Source: Naegleria gruberi (lineage: Eukaryota). Taken from it: 64,000 nt of DNA. Below are positions 44,601 through 55,700 of this stretch, one piece after another (positions within the stretch are counted from its first letter, which is position 1; every line of letters starts with the position of its first letter). The translations under genes were made by a program, and so were the position numbers. Under the pieces are notes generated by a model. That model worked only from the letters and a program-made list of their open reading frames with translations, searched no databases and had not been told where the DNA came from. Location: assembly GCA_000004985.1 (NCBI GenBank), contig GG738873.1. One strand, given 5' to 3'.

Positions 44601-45604
44601 ACCACAATGGAGCATATGTCAACTCAGTCATGTCGTACTCTCAATTATTCTCTTCCAATGCTGGATCTACGTACTATTTATTGAAACTTGCTTGCCTGTC
44701 ATCAAAATTGAATATCCAAAATGATGGAGATTCCTTAACACCAATTATTCTCGTTTCAACTGTTGGTGTTGTACAATCTGCGTTGTCAGAATTTGATCTA
44801 CCAACCAGAAAATCTCAAGTTAATGATAACCCTCAGGAAACTAAAGAAATGATTAGCAATCATGTCGATCAAGTCATTGGTCAACTGAAACCAATTATTG
44901 AAAAAGCAGCTGGGTATAACAGCACCAAATTTATTGCAGAACAATACATTCAACAAGCAAGGTTATTGGGATATCCCGGTGCCATCTTTAGACCAGGAAT
45001 GATTGGAAGTGATACTGAGAATGGAGTTTCGAATTTAGAGGACTGGGTCAATAGGTTGATTCTGGGATGTTTCGAATTGGGTTGCTTCCCACAAACCAAA
45101 AAATCTCTCAATGTCATTCCTGTGGATATTATTTCAAGAGTGATTGTGGAATTGACACAGAATGAGAATGTATTCATTGGTACTTTACAATCCAATCCAA
45201 ACTATTTGATTTATGAGGTGGCTAATCTTTCTCAATATGAAATTCAAATTGATAATTTACTTGGCATCGCTGCCACAACTCTAGCGAAATTGCTAAACAA
45301 GAAACCAATGGAAATGGTTAGCTACACTAAGTGGAAACAAATACTGAATGAGAGAACATCAACCGAAGAAAACGAAATGTTATTGATTTTGAAAACTCTC
45401 TTCAAATCAGATACGGAATTTCTAAAAAGCATAAACAAACTCCAAGACAACCACATTCAGAAAATCATTGAAGTTCTTTCTAGATCAGAAAGCATACAGT
45501 GCAGAGAATTAGTTCCTAACAAAAATCTAAACCAAAACTATCTTGAAAAACAAGCTCTATACCTAGTCCAGAGTCTCAAGAAGAAATTGGGCGAAAATTT
45601 ATAA
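41660..45604 (+). CDS. ZZ-type zinc finger + long-chain acyl-CoA-synthetase-type adenylation domain + phosphopantetheine carrier + NAD(P)-dependent thioester reductase (carboxylic-acid-reductase-like A-T-R enzyme)
   Basis: 'WICNKCQGFIDRGTIRYVNTDEKDFDLCENCYHWCWEQY' ZZ finger; AMP-binding core 'TSGSTGIPKG', 'GWLHTNDIVEE', 'IIDRLKNIFKLSQGEFIAPAKIE' (ACSL-like); PCP-like 'IDSLHAVKFSGIMKQ'; R domain 'LLTGSTGFLGAFLL', 'YHNGAYVN', 'GYNSTKFIAE' (YxxxK); single 1314-aa exon. Confidence 0.8.
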   Translation: MLKKMIIDQHQTAPRWICNKCQGFIDRGTIRYVNTDEKDFDLCENCYHWCWEQYQKRKQHNTNSQFNSLDDDGDDDVGNNTENNKILDMFCRDLEFIVPTKYHYSEMKGRIKSSDRFNSSLFRSFVEYSLNPCFGLLKQDDGPYHFQTYEQVFHLICCISIGLDQILKPLIRVGKRQFVSICGKNNLYWYLSDYACFFRGFVIAPIHFAQSFEETKYCIELTESQVAICTEEMLDLFIRITKELDIVKYIIVMDDTESKSRGKFTNQRGTQEIEIIPMNDIIDAGKSILCEYLNEKNKPRTNPYPEHYENHETILVTPPQDKYDPRKMWIGVEHEEFILNRLDNEEDLVTLVFTSGSTGIPKGIMMSDRALRKEVLSLRIKDPKVRFSFCPLAHMSDRKYTLLAMCNGARVGIFTREFVHIFEDIQNCKPVVIASTPRLFNVLYDEFKKVVELERIRWLSSTETGKPKTEKELEERTMLDFQYMLGGRVQSIILGGASSSPQLREFLAKCFQCKVTDGFGMSEAGGIMNNNRLNTNVEYKLIDVPELSYFTTDKPYPRGELCVKTNYMFIGYYKNEELTNNALDENGWLHTNDIVEELGPNQIRIIDRLKNIFKLSQGEFIAPAKIEDALTTSKFIFQAFIYGNVTKSYLVGVIVPNKTVLKQFAIKEGIIKPSADHHLLNEEEKEVLANNELIKKALCEEIEKVAVNCSLLSYEVPKDFIIEFEPFSEKNDLLTSSMKVKRFGCEMKYKEQLETLYEHVDRNYKRKLDEDLIRELLVNSSSGSEESADGNMKIIDSLHAVKFSGIMKQKFNIDIPLSLIFSQTDRNVESVVSRVSNFVTKGQTNQQSYDWKKDILLPQELLDEITDITSKGKQKFNKISNLKKGILLTGSTGFLGAFLLRDLLENLQTAQEHVKIYCLIREKNQQHSLFTRLKKHLVKFNIWKDTYERRISVIRGNLQDENLGLSHEEFNKLAGDVDIIYHNGAYVNSVMSYSQLFSSNAGSTYYLLKLACLSSKLNIQNDGDSLTPIILVSTVGVVQSALSEFDLPTRKSQVNDNPQETKEMISNHVDQVIGQLKPIIEKAAGYNSTKFIAEQYIQQARLLGYPGAIFRPGMIGSDTENGVSNLEDWVNRLILGCFELGCFPQTKKSLNVIPVDIISRVIVELTQNENVFIGTLQSNPNYLIYEVANLSQYEIQIDNLLGIAATTLAKLLNKKPMEMVSYTKWKQILNERTSTEENEMLLILKTLFKSDTEFLKSINKLQDNHIQKIIEVLSRSESIQCRELVPNKNLNQNYLEKQALYLVQSLKKKLGENL

Positions 45605-46267
45605 AGTTTTAAGAAAAGATAAAGTTGCAATATGTCTGAGTTTTCTGGATTTTCAAAAAGTGAAATATTCCGAATGTTAAATTGAAATACTTATTACCAG
45701 GTTAGCTAGCCATAAAATTTGTCATCATACATGCTCGGAATTTGACAAATACTCAATTTTACTCTGATTGAGATTTCTTTGTGCAATGATTTTTCAATTA
45801 ATTAAAAGAGTTAGGTGGCTCCTAATCTGACGGTTTGTGCAATGTCTGATTGAAACCAAATCAAAGTGAGCAATTAAGCTCAAACCCTGATCCCTACAAA
45901 AAATTGAGTTAATAGTAGATGCAACCCGTGAGCTGCTTTCAGCTATTAAACTGAAAAGAAAAGATACTACACTCGATCAAAGCCAATTGGCCGAGAAAGA
46001 TGGTTTTGAGAATTGCATAAGGAACAGAGTATTTATTCTGTTGGTTGTGGAGTGAAGAATGGCAAAATGTTTGTGGTATTTTAATAAATTTTAATGCCTT
46101 GTTCGACTATTGATATTGAACATGTAGCGAATCTTAATAATCAATATTTATGATGGAGCAGTTCAATCAGAACTTGGAAAGAATGTGAGAAGCAAACTTG
46201 ACTAACAATTAAGGGGGATGCATTGATAAGTAAAACGTGAACTAGTGAAAAAAACAAATAAACAAAA

Positions 46268-46387
46268 AGACTACAGCACCACAGGTTCCCAAGTTGTCTC
46301 CAACCTCAGTACTGATGTGGCTCGACGATGCTTAACTTCTCAAATAGGACGGGATGAGGTGTATTCATCGTGATATGGCCGTAGCCA
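46268..46387 (-). rRNA. rrn5: 5S ribosomal RNA gene (copy 2)
   Basis: Same 5S sequence as copy 1 with 3 substitutions (..GAATACACCTC.., ..CCTATTTGAG..); T-run terminator on minus strand (plus aaaaa 46264-46268). Confidence 0.9.
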
Positions 46388-46502
46388 TACATACTAATAA
46401 AATATGAAATAAATGAATTCACAATAATGACATTTCAAAATCCTTACTTCGTTTCTTAACCTTAGTAAGAAACAATCATTCATTATTCTCATTAATGGAT
46501 TA

Positions 46503-48110
46503 TTAAAATTTAATAATAATTTTCTTATGTTGACTCTTATCATATTTGGTAATAGTAAAACAATTAAATTGTTTCAAATTGATTGTTAACCATTCGTAAA
46601 ATTCTTTAAATTGACAATTATTGGAATCATAATCACCATACAATTCCACTATCAAAGTGGTCAATTTTGCCAACTTGCATACCTCCTTTCTAAACTTATC
46701 TCCAAAAATGTATTCCCACTCAATTTGATTTACTTTGAGAGTTGTCAAACTGGTTAACAACCCCAAGTTTAAAAACCTAAATTTCACTCTCGACAGTCCA
46801 GGATAAGTTGGTATCGTAAACTCAAAATATTCCAATTTCTCAAGCTTTGAAAGATGAATTAATGGAATGCAATCTGAGAATGTCAAAGATTTGAGTTCAG
46901 GGAAACCTTGAATCATTTGAAAATCATCTAACAAAAGAGTTTGTAGTTTCACTCTGCTCAGAGTTTTAGAATTTGATAATTGAATTATGGATTCCATATC
47001 AGATCTGTTAGTATCAATGATTAATGTTTTCAATTTTGGAAATTCAGAAAGAGAGGCACATACATCAACCATGGAATCATTATGGTTATCATGTTTGGCA
47101 TCCAGAATTTGTAGTGTTGTTAAATTTTTCAATTGTTTCAAACTGTCTGCTTTTTCCAAAGTCAATCCTCCATAAAAACTTAAATATTCTAAATTGGGGA
47201 AATGCTGAATATTGTCTAAGGTACTCCCACATTCATATTTACTCCTCAATTCCAATTTAGTGCATTTATCATAAATTTGATCAAGTTTAATTTTATCCAT
47301 ACCAAAACAAAAGATATCCACCAGTCTTAAATGTTCCACATTAGGAAATAATTTTAAAATAGGTTTCAATAATTCTAGATTTCTTGGCACATCCTCAAAA
47401 TTTACAACCTTGATAGAATTAAAAAGATCTTGATTCCTCTTTGATTTTGCTGATAATTTCTCAATCTTGTGGCAATATGCATTCACGAACTTTTGTTCAA
47501 TTTTTCTTTCCTTAGTTAACTTGGATCTATCAAAGCTATCACCATCACAAACTTCACACTTTTTCTGAAATATCAGCTTTTTATCCGAAATTTTAGTAAT
47601 TTGATTCAACAGTTGAGTTTCCCAATATGGAATATTAGAACTATTCAAACTTTTCATTTTCCATAACAAAAATTTAACTCTCGCCATATTGGAATTCTTC
47701 CTACACTCATTAACAAGTCCAAATTTAAATATAAATTTAATTCTTCCATCGGAGAGAAATCTTCCAAACCAATCCTTAATAAACAATTTCCAATCAATTA
47801 CAGATTCATCATTAAACTCATCAATACAAAGCGTCGAATTAATTATTACATTCCCACAAAATTCCAAAATATACAAGACACAATCGGAGGGAAGCCTAGC
47901 AAATTGTGAGGCAATACAACGAGAAGCAGAAACAGAAACAGAATTTGATGATCGCCTTATTCCGTCTTGTCGTTTAATCAATGCTGCGGAAGGAGTAGAA
48001 ACATGCCGTTTCGAAGTGATCCTATATGATGATGTTTTAATTGGTGATGAATTGGAAATATTCATAGTCGTGGTTGTATGACTGTTCATTCCTTCTTTAA
48101 AAGATTTCAT
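46503..48110 (-). CDS. Leucine-rich-repeat hypothetical protein
   Basis: 535-aa ORF; C-terminal half has irregular LxxLxLxx(N/C)xL repeats (..LKNLTTLQILDA.., ..LKTLIIDTN.., ..LKSLTFSDC..). Confidence 0.5.
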   Translation of the reverse strand: MKSFKEGMNSHTTTTMNISNSSPIKTSSYRITSKRHVSTPSAALIKRQDGIRRSSNSVSVSASRCIASQFARLPSDCVLYILEFCGNVIINSTLCIDEFNDESVIDWKLFIKDWFGRFLSDGRIKFIFKFGLVNECRKNSNMARVKFLLWKMKSLNSSNIPYWETQLLNQITKISDKKLIFQKKCEVCDGDSFDRSKLTKERKIEQKFVNAYCHKIEKLSAKSKRNQDLFNSIKVVNFEDVPRNLELLKPILKLFPNVEHLRLVDIFCFGMDKIKLDQIYDKCTKLELRSKYECGSTLDNIQHFPNLEYLSFYGGLTLEKADSLKQLKNLTTLQILDAKHDNHNDSMVDVCASLSEFPKLKTLIIDTNRSDMESIIQLSNSKTLSRVKLQTLLLDDFQMIQGFPELKSLTFSDCIPLIHLSKLEKLEYFEFTIPTYPGLSRVKFRFLNLGLLTSLTTLKVNQIEWEYIFGDKFRKEVCKLAKLTTLIVELYGDYDSNNCQFKEFYEWLTINLKQFNCFTITKYDKSQHKKIIIKF

Positions 48111-48215
48111 TTTTTTTATTAAAAAGAAATTACATAATTAATTCAAGTTTTATATTTCTCATGTACTTTACAATTAATTTGGAGTGATAGAATTAGTCCA
48201 GATAGAATGAGTCAA

Positions 48216-49590
48216 TTAAGCAAGTTGTTTGAAGAATCTGTTCCACATTGCCTCATTTGCCTTTTCTAAATCAATTTTTTTATCATCTTCTTCATCTTCT
48301 TCTTCCTCATCTTCCTCGTCTTCATCTTCTGCAAAATTGGAATTATTTGAAAGACCTCTACACTTGTGCAGTGGTTTCTTTTTAGCACGAAATAAATTAG
48401 GTTCGTTTCGGTCGATATATTGGTCTGCTGCCTCAGATAATGAGACTACTTTACAAAATCTATTCGTGTTCTCTATCAAATTGGAAATACTCTTTGAATT
48501 TTTAAATGGTAAAACGTTTAAACTTCCATTATTGGTGGAAACTTTTACAAAATCAAAGAATTTTTCAGACTTGTTGTAAATTGAAATTTCAACTTGTGAA
48601 AAATCTGTTGGATCATCTGGTTCGGAAGCATCATCTTTTGAAGTGCAAATATATTGATGAGTCAATTGGGGTTTGAATATTAAGGGAAGGGATGGCTCAG
48701 TATTAGAAATCATCTTACAAATAGAATGAATGAAATCTCTCAAAATAATGGGATCCTTTTCGATTGAAATAATAATATCATCATCATAGATCCATCCATC
48801 ATAATTTCTAATTTTGGATTTGAATATTGAGGTTTCTTTGGAATTGAGCTGGACGACTTGTCGAATAATAAAATCGTCATAGTTTCCTCCAGGTTGACGT
48901 CTAGAGTTTCATCTCAGTAATCATAAAAAAATATGAAACTTACTCTAATACTTTAAAATCAATTATCATCTTGATATCAAGAGAATCTTTGAATTGTTTC
49001 AATTCAGGTGACAGCTTTTCACTCAGTAATAAGCTCAATCTTGGTTCAATTCTCTTTCTTTTGAAATATTCCACAAATTGATTAGAACTCAAGAGTGTTA
49101 TAATGAGTTTTTCGTAATGAAAATCAAACTGTTTACAAGTTACTGCCAAATTGACCATCGAAGAACCATCTAAAAATTCACACACATGTGAAAATTCATC
49201 AAAATTCAATTTCAAACCACATTTTCCACTCAATTGAATTTCCTCACATTGTGCTCTAACAACTTTGTTTCTTTCAAAGAATCGATGCAACACTGTTTCA
49301 TATTGATCATGATATTTTCTTACCTCATCCTCCTCAAAGTAATTCCATTCTGTGTAAATATCACCACACAAACCGAAAAAGTAGTACCTAGAAGGATCTG
49401 CAGTGTCAGAAACCTCCGATGCTTCAAGTTGTAATATTTCATCAATTTGATCATCATTTAATTTGTGGCCATATTCGAGAAGGGCTTTTCTAAAATAGAG
49501 GTAGAATGGAGTGAGAGGAACTACGTGTCCATTGATGATGATTGGAGTCGGCTCGGTTAATGTTACGAGAGTACGTTTACGTCTTGCCAT
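48216..49590 (-). CDS. Hypothetical acidic protein; two ORFs (49590..48940 and 48900..48216) joinable in frame through a 43-nt GTAAGT..AG intron (48901..48943)
   Basis: TAA stop of upstream ORF overlaps a GTAAGT donor; splicing to ..ctctag acceptor continues the frame (..FKVLE|ERQPGGNYDDFIIRQV..RDFIHS..); poly-Asp/Glu tract near C-terminus. Confidence 0.45.
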
Positions 49591-49753
49591 TTTTTTTAAT
49601 AAACTTTACAATGACAGTGAAAATCTAGCAAAAAAAGAAAGTTCTCTTTAATGATCAATTCCGATAATATTCTATATTTTCATAACATCAAGAAAACCAT
49701 CTAATCTACCTAATATCTTAAAAATATAATATGAGAGTTTATTTATCTCTGGC

Positions 49754-51243
49754 TCATTCTTTTAAAACCCAATTTGAAAGAATATCTGGATCTACAGTAA
49801 GCAAATCATCAACAATTTCTCCTGCCACCACTTTTTTGAAATATGGAATGGAAGTGACTTTACATTCTCTGAAAATGTCCAACATTTCATCATTATCCAG
49901 TTTGTAAAATTTGAACTTTGAATTCAAATTGGACAATTTTCCAAATTGTGGAGAAACCATTTTACAAGGGCCCTAATTAGATTTGTACACAATTTAGAAT
50001 AACTACTTACACACCAGGTTGCTGTAAAATAAATAATTGCATTTTCTTTTGAAGAGAAAATAGCCCTAAAATCCTTTTCTTCTGTTATTGGAACTGCCTT
50101 ACCCATGATTTTCGTTTCCAAGTCCAATTTTAATGTTATCAATTCATTAGATTCTCTCAATTGTCCAACAAGTGTCATGACTTTCTCAATAGATCCTTCC
50201 TCAATATTTAATTCAATGCTATTTGATAATGTATTGACAAAATCAATGCATGATTCTGTTCCCTCTCCTTCTAAGCTCGTTATAAGTTCTCTCACCGATG
50301 CAACAATCTTTCTTGATTGTAATTTTGAAGAGTAGAATTTATCAAACTCCCTACATGGTTCTATATACTTGTCTATTGGGAAATTATTGGCACAATTCAA
50401 ATGCAAGAATGTGAGTAGCTCTTCAGTTAAAACCTCTTCTCCACACGATAATAATTGTCTTTTTAAGGTTGAATCTGATCGAGACAACCGAAGAACTGGA
50501 ATATAAGGAAGATTAAATTCATCTGACATATCATTCTTTTCAATGTCCATGCAAAGAATTTGAATTTTCTCTCCACCTTCTTCAAGTAGTTGAGCCACAA
50601 ATTCTATTACTGGAAATAAATCATCACAAGGCTCACAATTATTAATATAATTGACAACTAACACATCCATACTTGATTTCCAAACCAATTCATCATATGC
50701 AGAGTGAACCAATTTCTTCAAACTCTTCCAACCTTCAAGTTGATCGTTTAGAGATCTCTTCTCGCTCTTGTAAAATACCTTCTCCTCTCCAGATCTGATT
50801 CTATCAAGCCAACCCAATATTGGTTCAATCTCAAAAGTACCTCTATACAAAAACTTGAACACTCTCTTTGAAAAATATCTATACAATAAGAGTGCTGGTT
50901 CGAGAAGTTCAGAAATACCAAAACACTCTGGTAGATTATCCGACTCACTCAGAGGAGCATTAATCCAAACAATATCAACAACATTGGTTTCTTGGGTATC
51001 CTCATCCAACAACAATTCCATGGAGAATAATTTCCTTTGAGTGGCCTCATCTTCCGATTGTAGGATGGTTTCAATTTTTGAAAGGAAATCTTGTTCTGTT
51101 CCCTTATTAAAACAATACATTACACATCTACCATCCAATCTGGCTGCTTCTGGCGAAGAAATGGAAATCAATTTGGACATTTTTTTGAGTGAACTTTTTC
51201 TCCTTGATAATCCATTTATGAAAAATGTTCTTCCTGTTTTCAT
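49754..51243 (-). CDS. Thioredoxin-domain-containing protein (long N-terminal region + C-terminal Trx fold); 2 exons with 38-nt intron 49973..50010
   Basis: Splicing GTAAGT(50010)..AG(49973) reconstitutes the thioredoxin active site '..IIYFTATWC|GPCKMVSP..FYKLDNDEMLDIFRECKVTSIPYFKKVVAGEIVDD'. Confidence 0.7.
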
Positions 51244-51268
51244 TCAAAATGGTGTTTAAAAGATGAAA

Positions 51269-51388
51269 AGACTACAGCACCACAGGTTCCCAAGTTGTCT
51301 CCAACCTCAGTACTGATGTGGCTCGACGATGCTTAACTTCTCAAATCGGACGGGATGAGGTGCATGAATCGTGATATGGCCGTAGCCA
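51269..51388 (-). rRNA. rrn5: 5S ribosomal RNA gene (copy 3)
   Basis: Same 5S sequence; variant ..CACGATTCATGCACC.. in loop B region; oligo-T terminator (plus aaaa 51266-51269). Confidence 0.9.
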
Positions 51389-52720
51389 TTCATAATATTA
51401 ACACCATCCTTATCAAAATCCTTACTATATGAATTCGGTAATCATCCATTCGAAGCCATGTTGCAATATTCATGATCAAAGAACATTCATTGTATAATCC
51501 ATCAGAAAGGTAACACCTAGTAAAAGTGTCTACAGTATTTGTTAGAACCGCTACTGTAGATGATTTCTGACAGAAATAGCAACCATTTTTGTGATGCTTG
51601 GAACATTCCGAACAAACAAGGATTATCGCATGAAGCTTCCTCTTTTATCGCAATCAGTTGGTTCTATATTCACTAGCGTAACTCTCAATTTCTTGAACCT
51701 TTCTCAACAAAGTCCTTCATCTCCGATAGATTCTGTGATGATTTTTCAACATTCCCATTGAGGGTTTCATTTGTTACTAAGGGAAATAGTTAATTTGCTG
51801 AACCATCCACTTTGCAACCCACACATCACAACAACAGTAAGGAAAATTGCACATTCAAAACAGTGCCCTCAATTGACTTCAAGTGGACCGTTTGAAAGCA
51901 TCCTGCAAGACATAACATGGCCATGACCAAATTAATAACTTACCATTATGAAGGGAGTTTTTAGATAACGCCCACAAATAATCAGCTACAGTAAAGGAGA
52001 AAAACTGTAGTTTGAATATTATCAAGGAAGTAAATAAACGTGTTCTCCTTGCTTGAATGATCAATATGTTAATATATTCGATATGGAGGAAGGATGATTA
52101 TGATTCACTTCTACACAGAATGTTTCAAACTTTCCATTTATAAAGCAGGCATCAACATTCAATGTTGATATTTTCATAAGCAACCATTTCATCACAACAT
52201 CACATTATCCGGTAAAGTTTCAATGCCATCATGAGTTGCATCAAACATGAGCCTTCAAAATAGTGAAGGTTGCACTTTTGGCGCTTGATTTTTTTTGCAT
52301 TGTTGTTGCGTTGTTGCTCACATCAGCACATTCCAAGCTTCAAAGATGATTCAAAACGAAAACAACCTCCGAAAGCAAAAAAAAATCGGTTATATTGTAT
52401 TTGAAAAGCTGCTTTTCTCATATCCGATAATATTTTAGTGTCTTTTTGATTGTCGTCGAGACGAGTATTAGTAATTTTTAATAGCTACTACTACTTCTTT
52501 TGCTTTATCGGCTTGACACAATCTTCTTCCGTTCAACTTTGAATATCGGGTTTTATTTGGTTTTTTTTGTAGGAGGACTTGGATTGACTACTTTTTGGTG
52601 ATTGATACTATTGATAATAACATATATTGATACGACTACAACTTTTTTCAATACTACTTATTACTCGCCAGATATATTCACCTAAAAATAGTTGTCATCT
52701 TTATTAATAGATTAAAAGAA

Positions 52721-55700
52721 ATGCTACCATCATATCTTGCCAACTCTCCTGCCAGTGAAAATAACCAAGAAACTAATGTGGAATTCAATGAACAACACTC
52801 TCTAAAGAGAAAGAAAGAAGAAATAGACAAGGAATTGAAAGCTTGGGAGATTTTTGATGAAGTTAACAAGTACAAAGATGAACCATCTTTCAAGAAGGCC
52901 AAAAAAGCACTCAACCAGACTGAATGTTGTCCTGCAGGTCGTAACTTGATTGATAATGTCTTTATGCAAGATTGTGAATCATCTGATAATGATTCTTCCT
53001 CAGATGATGACCAAAGTAATGGTGCTTATAAGAAATCATGTTTAGGATTGTACAAGAGTGCAATTCCAAGCAAGGCATCCTGTATTATGGATACTTCTGA
53101 AGAATTACCATCAATCATTATCCCAGCTAGAAGAAGAAGAAAGAGTGCCAATACAAATAGTCCAACTTCACCAACTATTCCATCAAACGTTACTAATGAA
53201 CAAGTAACAACATTGGCTAATGTTTCTTCTGCACGTTCTGCAAAGAAATGGAACTCTTTCGAAATGATGCCTCACGGTATTTTGGTATTCATAATGTCAT
53301 ACATTTCTCAACCAATGATCATTCATGCAATGATGGCTGTTTGTAAGAGATGGTACCAAATCTCCAAGTTCAGTACACTTTGGAAGAGAATTGATTTTAA
53401 TGGTTCATTCAAGATCAAATCAATGAGTGATGTTGTTGGTTTCCTCGAAGACTTTACCACTTTAAAGATTTCTGACATGAGAAAGACCTATGCATTAGGT
53501 TCTACTGTGCTCATGGAATCTTTGGGAGGATTAGGTCAAAAGGAAGTTATTTACAATGTCCAACAATATGAATATGGTCTTTCTCTCCAAAAACAAGAAC
53601 AATTAGGTATCTATAAGAATGGTGGAGTTTTACTCCCACCAAAGAAATCCAGAATGCCTCACCTTTTTGGTGAAATCATTTTACCTGCTTCTTGTTCAAA
53701 CCTCTCTGTTGAAACTTTTGAAAAGTTGAAAGAGGTTTATCCATCCTTGTCTAAATTGGTTCTTCCAATGTGTTCTACAATTTCCACAGTTTCTAATACT
53801 GGTGCATTTCCTATCAATGCTGATAACAATTCCAGAATTCAATTCAATACTGAAGACATTGAAAACAGTATTTCTGATTCTGTACTATTGCAAATTGCCA
53901 AGATGCCATATTTGAGCTATCTTAAAGTATCTACTCATCACAAGTTAACTGATCAAGGTTTGAATGAATTTTCCATTCTTTCAAAGAGACTTGAATCCAT
54001 TGAACTTGACTATTGTTTGGGTTTGACTCAGCAATCACTCTTGCATCTTGTAAAGAATAGCAAACATATTAACACTATTAGTGCTCTCAGCAATGGAAAC
54101 ATTGTTTTGGGAGATCAAGAACTTGTAGAATTATCCCAATATGGTTCTCATTTAAAAGAATTGAGAATTGATGTTTCAAATATTTCTCTTCCATCCTTCG
54201 CTACCTTTATTAAGGGTTGCAGAAGACTCCAAACTTTATTTATTAGAGGTCTTGATTGTATTACTGATAAGACCCTCGATGTTATCTTTGCCGAGCTCCG
54301 TTACATTCGTAATATTACAATTATTTGTGAGAGCCCTGAGAAGACTGCTACAAACAAAATCTTCTCTACAACAATTTCTAGCACCACCTTAGAATCCTTC
54401 CAAATTACTGGTTGTGAGACTTTGAACATTTCCTTTGATCATTGCACCAACTTGAAGAAAGTATCTATTGACCAATGCAAGAGCTTGACTGGTCTTCAAA
54501 TTTCTAACTCCTTACTTGTTGATGAACTAAAATTCAGAAGTAGTAACATTGCATATGTGAACCTTTCACAATTGATAAATTCATTGCCAAAGTTGAGAGA
54601 GTTTGAACTCTTTGATTGCCAATCAGGAGAAACAAACAAGACTGTTACTTTCAATTCTGATATTATGAGAAAGATTATTATTCTCATGTGTAACGACATT
54701 ATCAACCTTGAAGTTTTATGTAGTAATCTTAGATCTATGAGCGTTGATTTGTGTGCCAACATTGAAAAGTTGATTCTCAAGAGTCCAAAGTTGGAAAATT
54801 TACAAATGTTTGCTCTTCCTCAATCAGCTACTCCAAAGCTCAAACATTTATTTGTTGAAAGTGATCATATCCAATCTTTGAACTTGCAAAAGATTCTCTC
54901 ACTCGAACAAATTGCAGTCAAGTGCAAGTCTTTGGATTCACTCAATGTTTCCAACCTTCATCAACTCAGAAGATTGGAAACTGGACCATGTCCAAAGCTT
55001 GAAAAGTTAGCCCTAGGAAGTGTCTTCCTCTTATTTGATGATCATCTTGTATCCAATATTATTAGCAAGTGTCCAAATATTAGTATGTTGAGCATTTCCA
55101 ATAGTGTATCATTGAATGATGTATCACTTGGAGTTTTGTGCAACAATTTGCCAAACCTTCAAGCTCTTGTCATTTCCAATTGCCAACGTTTGTGGAATGT
55201 CAACATTCAATCATCTGTACTTAAAGGTATCCAAATCTCAGATTGTCATCTCCTCAAGTATTTAAACTTGAAGAGTGAAAATCTTAACAAGTTATTCATT
55301 AGAAATTGTCCAAATGTTGAAGATTCTACATTTGATAACCTCTCTGCCTTCAGTCCAAATATCAAGTTTGTAGAGTTGGTTAATTGTAGTATGCTCAAGT
55401 CACCACATCTCAAGCTTCCACAACTTGTCGATCTCCATTTCAGAGAATGTGCCCAATTAGAAGTTCCAACCATTACTTCTGAATATTTGAAAAAGTTGTT
55501 GATTGTTTCTTGCACAAAGTTTTCTCACTTTAATGCTCAATCAGCAACCCTCTCTGAAATTTTACTCTCTGAATGTCCAAACTTGAACGAAGCTAATCTT
55601 ACAAAGAGTCTTTCCCAAACCGAAAACATTCAAGCTATTGTTTTCGATAAGTGTAAGGCCCTTAGAGCTCCTCAATTGAATCTTGATAACCTCAAGCTCG

